Source: the human T2T-CHM13v2.0 reference genome, Homo sapiens. From it: a stretch of 64,000 bases of DNA. The notes below the pieces were generated by a model. That model was not told where the DNA came from, made no database searches, and saw nothing but the letters and a program-made list of their open reading frames with translations. The stretch is taken from NCBI RefSeq assembly GCF_009914755.1, contig NC_060947.1; one strand, 5' to 3'. Below are positions 1 to 14,870 of the stretch, one piece after another. The first letter of the stretch is position 1, and every line of letters starts with the position of its first letter. Made by a program: the position numbers and the translations under genes.

Positions 1-36
1 AAAGGAGATCGTCTGTGTCCCTTCATACTTGGAATT
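1..36 (+). CDS. SMS: Spermine synthase, 3' part of penultimate coding exon (..KEIVCVPSYLE-L); cut by window start
   Basis: Frame from nt 2 reads KEIVCVPSYLE + TT and is followed by the donor GTATCCTTT. It joins in frame to 1636 to give the spermine synthase C-terminus VPSYLELWVFYTVWKKAKP*. Confidence 0.93.
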
Positions 37-152
37 GTATCCTTTGACCGTGACATTCTGTTGCCAGATCAAAGCACCCAAGTAAATCATATGCCAATGA
101 AAAAATTTAAATCACAATAATAAACAATTAGCTTAGCCATAGAGTATATAAA

Positions 153-490
153 GCCCTGGTTCTCCAGCTTAGGTGCACATTGGAATCCCCTGAGAAGCTT
201 TAAATAAAATCTGAGATTCTAGACTTCCATTCTCAAAAGTTTTGGGGTCTGGCTTGCCACAGCTTTCCAGGTGCTTTTAATGATCAAGCACTACTGGTCT
301 AAAGCATTGGTTCTCAAAGGTGTTGCCAGACCTGCAGCATCGCTCAAGAACTAGTTAGACATGGACATTCTCAAGCCCCACCCCAACCTGCTGCCCAATC
401 AGAGGAATTCTGGAGGTGGGGGCCCAGTGACCTGTTCTACCAGCCCTCCCAGGGATTTATGTGCACCTGAAAAGTTTGAGAAGCCCTAGT
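153..490. mobile_element. Two adjacent MER5-type (hAT-Charlie) MITE relics
   Basis: Termini like TGGTTCTCAAA ... AAGTTTGAGAAGCCCT and internal CAGCATC/CCCCACCCCA motifs. Confidence 0.6.
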
Positions 491-1162
491 CTAAAATAAC
501 CACCCTACCTGTGGCAGGTAAAATGTCTAAAGACACTCATTCTACTCTTACATTAAAATAACCTGACATTAATACTAGTTTCTACACTTGATGCTAATTT
601 GCAACAGAAATCGAGAACTAGAATGATGTTGGGGACTGCACGGTTAACATTGGTGTTCTCTGTTAGTTCCGCTTAGTAAAGTTAGTCTAGAGAAGTAAAA
701 CACAGAAAGAAAAAAGGAAATGAGCATTATCATTGGAAATTTGTGCCGCAACACAGCTGTGGGCTGTAGTCTGCAGATGACGGCTTCCTTATCTGCTGTT
801 GCCAAGTCCAGGTTCCTGTGACGGCAGGGTTTTTTTGCTGTCAAGGGAGCAACTGCTGCTGACCTCCAGTGAGGCCTGGTCCCATCAGGCTGGGGCAGAG
901 CCCGACGGGGCAAACTGCCTGCTGAGACCAGATGGCCAGCAAGAGGCAATGAGAACCCTCTAGATCCTCCATGTGAGGAGGGGAGTACTCCGCCTGCTGG
1001 GTGGCCGTGTCCCTCCACAGCCTGTACAGAGCTTCAGCATCTCCTACCAACTGTCCACCTTTGTTTAGGGTTCCCCTCAGCATTTTTGTCAGGCCTGTGT
1101 TTGCATGTTGGGAGATTTGAGAAATCAGTTGATAACATTTGAGGCAAAGTCTTCCACCTGCT

Positions 1163-1340
1163 AGTTCTTCTCTCTCCCTCCTTCCTTCCCTCTCCTTTCC
1201 TCCTCTGACCTTTTTTCCCTCTCCTCCTCCTTCCCTCTCCTCCTCCTGCCCTCTCTTCCCTCCCCCTTCTCTCCCTTGTATCTCCCGCTACCCTAACTTT
1301 CCCTCCCTCCCTCCTTTCCCCCTTCCTTCCTTTCCTTCTC
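1163..1340 (+). repeat. CT-rich polypyrimidine low-complexity tract
   Basis: About 175 nt almost entirely C/T. Confidence 0.9.
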
Positions 1341-1635
1341 ATACTAATTCCCTAAAACTTGTGAGACTTTGGAAGCAGTAGTGTTACCTGAGAGAATATT
1401 TGTGTTCCTTTAGCCTTCTGTTGTCTACTCAGTACCTCCTTCAGACCTCCCAGGTGGTGAGGATGTCCCCAGGCTGCAGAGTGGCCTTATTCAAAGTCCT
1501 TCGTTCTCATTCCCACAGTGCTCTAAGCCATGAAGCTTTTCATCCATCTTTCAATTTGTAGGCCAGCAAACGAATTACAAGTGATGTCTTTTCTTCCTTG
1601 AATTACCTGCTTTTATTCCTTGACTCCCTGTCCAG

Positions 1636-1675
1636 GTGGGTATTTTACACTGTTTGGAAGAAAGCTAAACCCTGA
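1636..1675 (+). CDS. SMS: Spermine synthase last coding exon (WVFYTVWKKAKP*)
   Basis: G TGG GTA TTT TAC ACT GTT TGG AAG AAA GCT AAA CCC TGA after the acceptor; recognised SMS C-terminus. Confidence 0.93.
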
Positions 1676-2162
1676 AGATCAGTAGCCCCTAATCACATGT
1701 GCTGCAAATAGCCTTCCTGACCTCCATATGCTGTACATGACATCAAAATGAGTCAGGCAATTGATTGTGAATTCCTTAAAGTTTTCCTTTTTTTAATAAT
1801 TATTTTTAATTTAAAAAAGCAAATGGAAAATGTATATTTTGATGAGCTTAGGGTGTTTTTTTTTTGAAAGTCAGCTGAAGGATGGTTAGACAGCACAGCG
1901 AAGACTGCTAAATGCACTGACCCCCCCCATTAGAATGTGATTTTTGTTCCTTTTTATTTCTCTGTGGGCTTTTGTTTTTGTTTTTGTTTTGGTAGATCTT
2001 CAATTTGGATATTTGGAGGAGTGAACATCGTTGTTTTGCTGGAGGGAAGATCTTGATGGTGTTTCTTTCCCCAAAAATTGACTTAGATATTAAAATTTGG
2101 TGCTTATAAGAGAGAGTTAAAAAAAAATAGGATTGCTTCAATTAAAATTACAAAAGAGACAT
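1676..2162 (+). other. SMS: SMS 3' UTR (U-rich)
   Basis: Unique U-rich sequence from the stop codon to the ATTAAA signal. Confidence 0.8.
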
Positions 2163-2185
2163 TTTGTGTGTTCTGTCGTTTTATT
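2141..2185 (+). terminator. SMS polyadenylation signal ATTAAA with GU-rich downstream element; cleavage near 2160
   Basis: ATTAAA at 2141-2146, followed about 15 nt later by ATTTTGTGTGTTCTGTCGTTTT. An additional AATAAA lies at 2484-2489. Confidence 0.7.
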
Positions 2186-2900
2186 TCAGCCCAGTCCCCT
2201 CTTTCTGACTTGTGATCTCATAGAGCAACAGTATCTCCTGGTCTGTTTTTAGTTCTGTCACTCGATGTCATTTATCTCTTTATAATAGGATGGCCCCGGG
2301 GCCTTTTTTGAACAGTAGTAATGACTTCATTTGCCACCGTGCTAAATGATACACAACCTATTACATTCACCAGTCCTTCATTATACCATTGACCTGAGGC
2401 TAGCAAGAGATTTTGTCTGACTGTAAAGTTGAAAGTCAAAAGCTTATTTCTGGTCCCACTCTTAGCAGTGTATTAGATGTGGAAATAAAAGTCATTTTGG
2501 GTAGCTGCTATGAAACTTTCTGAGCAGATTCTTGGCTGCACCGATGTATGACAGAATTTATGGAGAGGCCTATGGCAATATGAGCAACTTGAAAACTCCT
2601 AAGGAAGTGCAGGTAGCTAACAGCTTGGTGTGGTGTGTGTGGGTAACAATCCACATCAAAAGTGAGCTTTACATTGACTTGGATTGTTAGACATCAGTGG
2701 GTTATTCTGTTGTTTTTATAAAAGGTTTATACTGTATCAATGGAATGAGTCATTTATGATGAATTTGCAATAAGCAAAGCATTAAAAATGAAATATTCAG
2801 TGTCCATTTTGAGGTAGAATTGGTGTCAACACAGAACGTTCTTCCTCTCAAGGTGTAGGAATCAATAGTATGGTATTTAAAAAAAAAAAAAAAAAAAAAA

Positions 2901-2958
2901 TTTTTTTTTTGAGACAGCGTCTTGGTCTGTCACCCAGGCTGGAGCGTAGTGGCCTGAC
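2901..2958 (-). mobile_element. Alu 3' fragment
   Basis: T10-GAGACAGCGTCTTGGTCTGTCACCCAGGCTGGAG. Confidence 0.8.
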
Positions 2959-2987
2959 ATTTTTTTTCTTAAATGAGTGAATGTCTA

Positions 2988-3319
<332 letters not shown>

Positions 3320-4683
3320 GCCTACTTTTTCTTTGTATTAGATTGTCATGGAAGAAGATGAAGAAGAAAGGAGTTAGTCATGTTGTAATTAGATAGACTT
3401 AACTTAAATTTTTCTTGTGCACATAGGTTAAAAATAGCATTAGTAGACATTCTCCCCATCCCCTCCAACTCTACTATAGTGCTTTGCAAAGCTCTGTGTA
3501 CTGTGTAAGATATAAAATGATGGTACTGTTACTGTAGAACACTGTTTGGGAGTCAATAGAATTGGATTTTTTTCTACTTTATAAAAGAAACCAGGTATAT
3601 GTACCTGCTGTCTGGATATCGTGTTTTTAATAACTGGGCATGACTTTGTACTTGAAGACTAGCTTGAGGCTGGGGCAGCAGATCCACTGATAAATCTGTT
3701 GACACAAGTCCTGCAAAGACCTGAGAGGTGGAAATGAGTGGATCAGGTTGTGCCAGGCCATGGGAGATAGATTCAGGAGACAGTAAGGGATGTGGAATAG
3801 GAAAGAAAGGAATGGAAATATCTGTCTTTTCATTTAGGGTGATAATAGTGAATTTTGACCCAACTCACTTCTTTGTGTTGGAGAAAGGATGATGTATGTT
3901 TTGAACATCTTTGTTACTGTTTTAAAACAAAAGCATGCAAACTGAACTCTGAAAACTGAAAATCCCCTCTGCTTTTGCTGACTTTTAAAGAAATGTTATA
4001 AGATCTAGCATTGTTGTTTTACTTTAATGGCTGTAGTGTTATATAGTATTACAGTCTCCTTTATAACTTAAACTGGAATATACTGTAGTATCCTATAGCT
4101 GCTTTTTAATTAGAGACAAGACAAATATGACTGTTTAAAATTCCATTTAACACATCAGCAGATGTCAATAATTTATTTAAAAAGTGAAATGCTGCTTTCT
4201 CGTAGAAGTGTGATTGATTGAATATTTTAGAGACTTGACTAATGGTGATCCAGCGGGGCTAGAGGAAGGCTGGGTTGACAGTGTTTTTAATGGGCTGGAG
4301 CAGTGCTGATGTCGAAATAAAAATGTGCTAGTACTTCCTGTACAGTCTGCATAGTCACTTCCTTGCTTGCATTAACTATTGCTGACGCAAGACTTTGCAT
4401 TTCTACCATCTGTCTCAGTAGATACATCAATTTCATTCTGGTCCCATGACTCCTGGGATAGGGTGGGGAATTGTGGGGGTGTGGGTTTTATGTTAAATAT
4501 CACTGGCCTGTGTTCAAGGCTCTAGAGCAGGACCAGTCAAAAGTGTAGTTTGTCAACCAGCTCTTTGTTTTCTAAGCGCTGCACTTCAGCTGACCTGTTT
4601 TTCACAGCAAGACTCTCATTGAAAGAAGCAGTGTGCTGATTTTTCCCCGTGGCACAAGCTCCTTACCACATCTTGGAGCAGCA

Positions 4684-4972
4684 TTTTTTTGAGACCGAGT
4701 TTTACTCTGTCACCCAGGCTGGAGTGCAGTAGCGCGATCTTGGCTCACTGCAACCTCCGCTAGAGTTCAAGCAAATTTCTCGTGCCTCAGCTTCCCGAGT
4801 AGCTGGGATTATAGGCGTGCGCTACCACACCTGACTATTTTTTTTTATTTTTAGTAGATACGGGGTTTCACTATCTTGGCCAGGCTGGTCTCCAACTCCT
4901 GGCCTCAAGTGATCTGCCCGCCTTAGCCTCCCAAAGTCCTGGGATTACAGGTGTCAGCCACTACGTCTGGCC
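4684..4972 (-). mobile_element. Alu (S-type)
   Basis: Dimeric Alu; TSD TTGGAGCAGCA at 4673-4683 and 4973-4983. Confidence 0.93.
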
Positions 4973-5308
4973 TTGGAGCAGCAATATGAGTACTACTCTT
5001 CCAGAAGCCAGTTGGGCCGCATTATTGAATACCTAGTTCATAGATAAGAGCTGTTATGTGACCTTGAAGAAGTACTCTATCTCCTTCAATTACCTTCTTG
5101 CCGCGTGTCTTTGTACTAAATCTTTAACCTTGCTGTTCTTTGGGCTAATAAACCACTTTCATTTACATTATCCTGCTCTGTCTTAAAACAGCTTTGTGAA
5201 GGAGATGTTAATAACACTAGGCAGGCTAGCAGTCCAAGTTTGAAATGTGCCTGAGGGTCCCGTGAATCTGGGTTCCAGCATTCTTAATTTCTAACATGGA
5301 TGCTTCCA

Positions 5309-5749
5309 TCAGAGGTGCTTAACTGTTTTTGTACCTTGGACTCATTCAGCAGCTGCCTGGTGAAACCTGTGAACTCCTTCTCAGAAACATTTTAAATACA
5401 TAAAATAGGATTCCAAGAAACAAGTTAAATTTTCCAAAAACTTACGATAGAATATTTGTGCTGCTTTATTTGTTACATAGCTAGATCAAGTGGTGGGTCA
5501 CACACCATAATTGTGAAGTAGTAATACGCATAAGATCTGTAGCAACTGAAATGTGATGAAAACACATTTGATTTGTTGACAAAGTTACAGGAACTGCTGT
5601 GTACTAACGTGGTTTGTCACCCGTGTTCATGCTTAAAGGAAATGCTAAATTTCAGTGGGAGTTAGTAAAGATAAAGATAGAAACATTTTCCCATCCAAGT
5701 TTATGGGGTCACAGAATTCTGTCCATAGGCCCCAGGTTAAGAAATCCTG
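5309..5749. mobile_element. hAT-Charlie-type DNA transposon relic
   Basis: Termini CAGAGGTGCTTAAC ... GGTTAAGAAATCCTG resemble Charlie terminal inverted repeats. Confidence 0.45.
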
Positions 5750-6993
5750 ACCTACAGTTTTTGCTTCCATTGTTTTCATTGTATTTGAGCGGTGGGGGAA
5801 GGGTAGGTGGGATCCCTTCACCGTTCTGTCAGAACCTGAAATCAACACTGGCAGATCAGTTCTCCTCAGCCAGAACCATTTAAAATCTCAATTACCTCAT
5901 GTAGTCATCCTACTGATTTCTGCTTTACTCATTATTTCAAAAATGAAAAATAGAACATGGGCAAGAAATAGCCCAGTGCTTTTGGAAAGCTATTTGAATC
6001 CTCTTGGATGTGATTTCCCTGGGAAATTGGATGATAAATGTGACTGGACAGGTAGACTTAGCTCCTGTATCTGGGGGTCCTGGGATGCTCAGGCCAACTA
6101 ATTAATGCAGACAGTTTTCCCATGTACCAACCAACCATGTGATCATTTCAGTGAGCAATTTTTTTATGATGAAGCATCAGGGAATAGACCCTTCTCTGTG
6201 CAACTTTGCACAGGAATGTAAAAATAAGTGAATTAGGCAGCCTTTCTAGGAAAGAAGCAGGCCAGGTATATTTTAATGGAAGGCCTCCAATATCCAGAGA
6301 AGGGAGGGTTGGGGGTTGCTCCACCCCATTTCCTAAAAAAGACTGGCAGGAGGTCAGTCTCTGTAGCCCTTGGCTTTGACCATAGAGTTACTTATTAGAG
6401 ATCATTCCTAGTTCCACCTATTAGGGAATACTTTTTTCTTGACTTTGTTCTAAAATAGTCCTAATCTTGGTAAGTGATTATGATGGTAGCTTAGGTTCTT
6501 GCTGAGTGATTCAGACTGCTCCTGTCTGTTCATTGCTAAGGGACAGAAACACTCCTTGGACTTGGTCACGCACACAGCTCTACACTACATTCCATGTCCT
6601 CTTATACTTTCTAGATGTTCTGTCTTTCTCCAGTTTAAATTTGGCACCTGAAATTCCCCCTCTGTCCATCTTCCCAATGCTAAGGGGGAGCTTTTGCCAA
6701 CATGTCCCATGCATTGCATGTTCCCTTCAGTGTTTATATTTTATAATCCTCATCCCATATCTACTGACGATGTATGTTTACTTTTTATTATTATACTTTA
6801 AGTTTTAGGGTACATGTGCACAACCTGCAGGTTTGATATATAGGTATACATGTACCATGTTGGTTTGCTGCACCCATCAACTTGTCATTTACATTAGTTA
6901 TTCCTCTTAATGCTATCCCTCCCCCAGTCCCCCACCTCATGACAGGCCCCAGTGTGTGATGTTCCCCGCCCTGTGTCCAAGTGTTCTCATTGT

Positions 6994-10819
<3,826 letters not shown>

Positions 10820-10884
10820 TATGATGTTAGCTGGTTATTTTGCCCATTAGTTGATGCAGTTTCTTCCTAGCAGCGATCGTCTTA

Positions 10885-11908
10885 ACAATTTGGCGTGTTT
10901 TTGCAGTGGCTGGTACCAGTTGTTCTTTTCCATGTTTAGTGCTTCCTTCAGGAGCTCTTGTAAGACAGCCTTGGTGGTGACAAAATCTCTCAGGATTTGC
11001 TCATCTGTAAAGGATTTTATTTCTCCTTCACTTATGAAGCTTATTTTGGCTGGATATGAAATTCTGGTTTGAAAATTCTTTTCTTTAAGAATGTTGAATA
11101 TTGGCCCCCACTCTCTTCTGGCTTGTAGGGTTTCTGCTGAGATACCCGCTGTTAGTCTGATGGGCTTCCTTTTGTGGGTAACCCGACCTTTCTCTCTGGC
11201 TGCCCTTAACATTTTTTCCTTCATTTCAACCTTGGTGAATCTGACAGTTGTGTTTCTTGGGGTTGCTCTTCTTGAGGAGTATCTTTGTGGTGTTCTCTGT
11301 ATTTCCTGAATTTGAATGTTGGCCTGCCTTGCTAGGTTGGGGAAGTTCTCCTAGATAATATCCTGCAGAGTGTTTTCCAACTTGGTTCCATTCTCCCTGT
11401 CACTTTCAGGTACACCTATCAAACCTAGATTTGGTCTTTTCCCATAGTCCCATATTTCTTGGAAGCTTTGTTTATTTCTTTTTACTCTGTTTTCTCTAAC
11501 CTTGTCTTCTCGCTTTATTTCATTCATTTGATCTTCAATCACTGATACCCTTTCTTCCACTTGATCGAATCAGCTATTGAAGCTTGTGCATGCATCACGA
11601 AGTTCCTGTGCCATGGTTTTCAGCTCCATCAGGTCATTTAAGGTCTTCTCTACACTGTTTATTCTAGTTAGCCATTCGTCTAACCATTTTTCATGGTTTT
11701 TAGCTTCCTTGTGATCGGTTTGAACATGTTCCTTTAGCTCGGAGAAGTTTGTAATTACCGACCTTCTGAAGTCTATGTCTGTCGGCTCGTCAAAGTTGTT
11801 CTCCGTCCAGCTTTGTTCTGTTGCTGGCAAGGAGCTGCGATCCTTTGGAGGAGAAGAGGTGCTCTGGTTTTTAGAGTTTTCAGTTTTTCTCCTCTGATTT
11901 CTCCCCAT
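10885..11908 (-). pseudogene. L1 ORF1 (RNA-binding protein), disrupted
   Basis: Starts MGRNQRRKTENSKNQS at 11908; fragments ..ARREWGPIF..YPAKISF..; broken by stops and frameshifts. Confidence 0.93.
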
Positions 11909-12485
11909 CCTTGTGGTTTTATCTACCTTTGGTCTTTGATGTTGGTGACCTACAGATGGGGTATTGGTGTAGACGTCCTTCATGTTGATGATGGTGCTAT
12001 TCCTTTCTGTTTGTTAGTTTTCCTTCTAAGAGTCAGGTTCCTCAGCTGCAGGTCTGTTGGAGTTTGCTGGAGGTCCACTCCAGACCCTGTTTGCCTGGGT
12101 ATCACCAGTGGAGGCTGCAGAACAGCAAATATTGCTGCCTGTTCCTTCTTCTGGAAGCTTTGTCCTAGAGGGGCACCTGCCTATATGAGGTGTCTGTAGG
12201 CCCGTACTGGGAGCTGTCTCCCTGTTAGGCTATACGGGGGTCAGGGATCCACTTGAGGCAGTCTGTCTGTTTTCAGAGCTCAAACGCTGTGCTGGGGGAA
12301 CAACTGCTCTCTTCAGAGCTGTCAGACAGGGACGTTTAAATCTGCGAAAGCTGTCTGCTGCTGTTCAGCTATGCCCTGCCCACAGAGGTGGAGTCTATAG
12401 AAGCAGTAGGCCTTGCTGAGCTGTGGTGGGCTCCACCCAGTTTGAGCTTCCTGGGCTGCTTTGTTTACCTACTCAAGCTTCAGCA

Positions 12486-12818
12486 ATGGTGGACACCCGT
12501 CCCCCAGCCAGGCTGCTGCCTCGCAGTTCTATCTCAGACTGCTGCGCTAGCAGTGAGCAAGGCTCCGTGAGTGTGGGGCCCACCGAGCCAGGCATGGGAG
12601 AGTATCTCCTTGTCTGCTGGTTGCTAAGACCTTGGGAACAGCACAGTATTTGGGTGGGAGTGTCCACTTTTTCCAGGTACAGTCTGTCCTGGCTTCCCTT
12701 GGCTAGGAAAGGGAAATCCTCCGACCCCTGGTGCTTCCCGAGTGAGGTGATGCCCCACCCTGCTTCGGCTTGCCCTCCTTGGGCTGCACCCACTGTCCAA
12801 CCAGTCCCAGTGAGATGA
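12486..12818 (+). other. L1 antisense ORF0 homolog, open reading frame of 110 codons
   Basis: MVDTRPPARLLPRSSISDCCASSEQGSVSVGPTEPG.. resembles primate L1 ORF0 (MAGAPPPASLPPCSLISDCCAS..); Kozak context GCAATGG. Confidence 0.7.
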
Positions 12819-13881
12819 ACCAGGTACCTCAGTTGGAAATGCAGAAATCACCTGTCTTCTGCATCAGTCACGCTGGGAGCTGCACACCAGAGCTGTTCCT
12901 ATTTGGCCATCTTGGAACAGAAGAGCGTATGTTTAATTTTTTAATGTCTGAAGAAGATGGTGTGCCTTGGGAAGAATACAGACACCTGGGTTTGGGTTCT
13001 GACAGCCACTTAAGAACTGGAGGTTTTTAACTTAAGTGTAGTGAGGGCAGGAGCAGCAAGAACTTCAGCCCAAGTCCAGTTGGCATGAGCTAAAATGGAA
13101 GCTCTGAAAGCCACTGGGTCCTTCTTTTGCCTTTGATGCTTCATGCATGTAGTAGGCACTTAGTCAGTATTTCCAACCTTGGGAGATTGAAGCGTACCGT
13201 AAAAGGGAATTCTTAGAATTGCATTTTCCATGTAGGACATGGAGGAAACAGGTTGGCTGGAAGAAGTTACCCATAGCTGGGCTTGCTGAAGAAGAAAAGC
13301 AGTCTGTGATGATAAAGGGAGAAGTCCCCGCAAATTCATTTTGCTCAAAGGAGCAAAAATGTGTACTTGACACTAGCAAAGGTGCAGTCCCAGTAATGGT
13401 GAAAGTGCTGTGTTGGCGAAAGGGGTCCTCAAAGTCCAGCTCCTTCCTGGTTCTCCTAAGGGCTGAAGAGGAGCAGAAACTAGAAGATGTACAGTGGTCA
13501 GACTGGAAAATGGAAAAAGTGGAGGATCTGTAGCCATTTTGACTGTCAGCCATTTCTGTGACTGAGTCTTCTCTCTTTTCTCCTTGTTTGATCTTCACTG
13601 ACCTGAGTCTTGAATATCTTTATTCCCCACCCATTTGGATGGAGTTTCTGCACCAGGCCTCCACTTTGATCCGGGCCAGCCCACAGAGGACTGTCTTTGG
13701 CTCAGGTGCCGACACCATTCTGCAGAGGCCAGGGTTCAAGGCCACACAACTCTGATTTTGGTTGCCTGTGTTTAGTTTGAGCCTGGCCCTTGGCTCTCAC
13801 TTGATGAATCTACTAAGGATTTGTGCATCAAAATAATTAGGCATAGTGATGAATTATAAACGTTTTAAAAATTGGAAATCA

Positions 13882-14179
<298 letters not shown>

Positions 14180-14409
14180 TCATGAGTATGTATGGATAAT
14201 AAGTAGGACACAAAGGGGGCTCTTTTTTACTGTTTAGTGGCAAGTGGTTATGGGAGAGGGAGTGCTGAAATTGAAAAACTAGTATTTGATAATCATAATG
14301 AAGGCTGAATCAGGCAAGAATCATCCATTGGTGTTAGATCTTAAGGGAAATCTCAGCAAGGATCATATTTACATGGCTTTAAAGTATCTCTCATAGATTG
14401 CTTATGAGT

Positions 14410-14870
14410 TGTGTATCAGTTCCCTATTGCCCCTTTAACAAATTACCAAAAACTTATTTCCTTAAAATAACACAGATTTCTCTTACAGTTCTGGAGAGTC
14501 AGAAGTTCAAAATGCGCCTTAGAGGGCTAAAATGAAGGTGTTGGCAGGGTTGGTTCCTTCTGGAGGCTCCTGGGAAAATCTGTGTTCTTTCTTTAATTTC
14601 AGTCTCAAAGCCAGCAGTGGAACAGTTTCAAGTCTCTCTGCTCCTGTTGTCACATTGCCTTCCATCTCTGTCTCCTGTGTCCCTCTTGTAAGGCCACTTG
14701 TGATTACAAGTCCTACCTAGATGATCCAGGATTCTCTTCCTGCTTCGAAATCCTTAACCAGTTCTTCAAAATCCTTTTGCCATATAAAGTAACATTCTTA
14801 TAAGGCTCTGGAGATTACATGGGGTGGGGCGGGGTGGCAGGGTGGGGGCATTTATTTCACCTACTGCATG
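14410..14870 (-). mobile_element. MLT1 (ERVL-MaLR) LTR within old L1M-like sequence
   Basis: TGTATCAGTTCCCTATTG..AACAAATTACCA..TTACAGTTCTGGAG..TTGGCAGGGTTGGTTCCTTCTGGAGGCT motifs. Confidence 0.65.

Larger units (their letters stand above)
37..1635 (+). other. SMS: Terminal intron of SMS, U12-type (GT-AG subtype)
   Basis: 5' splice site GTATCCTTT (U11 consensus RTATCCTTT); branch motif TTCCTTGAC at 1616-1624; 3' splice site CAG at 1633-1635; phase 2. Confidence 0.92.

Noticed and set aside
644-1381. ORFs of 80-124 aa in the SMS intron, including the R/G/E-rich and P/S-rich ones
   Set aside because: They derive from the CT-rich tract or GC-rich intron; no splice context and no recognisable homology.
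13164-13598. 144-aa minus-strand ORF
   Set aside because: Serine-rich antisense shadow of a purine-rich stretch; no recognisable domain.
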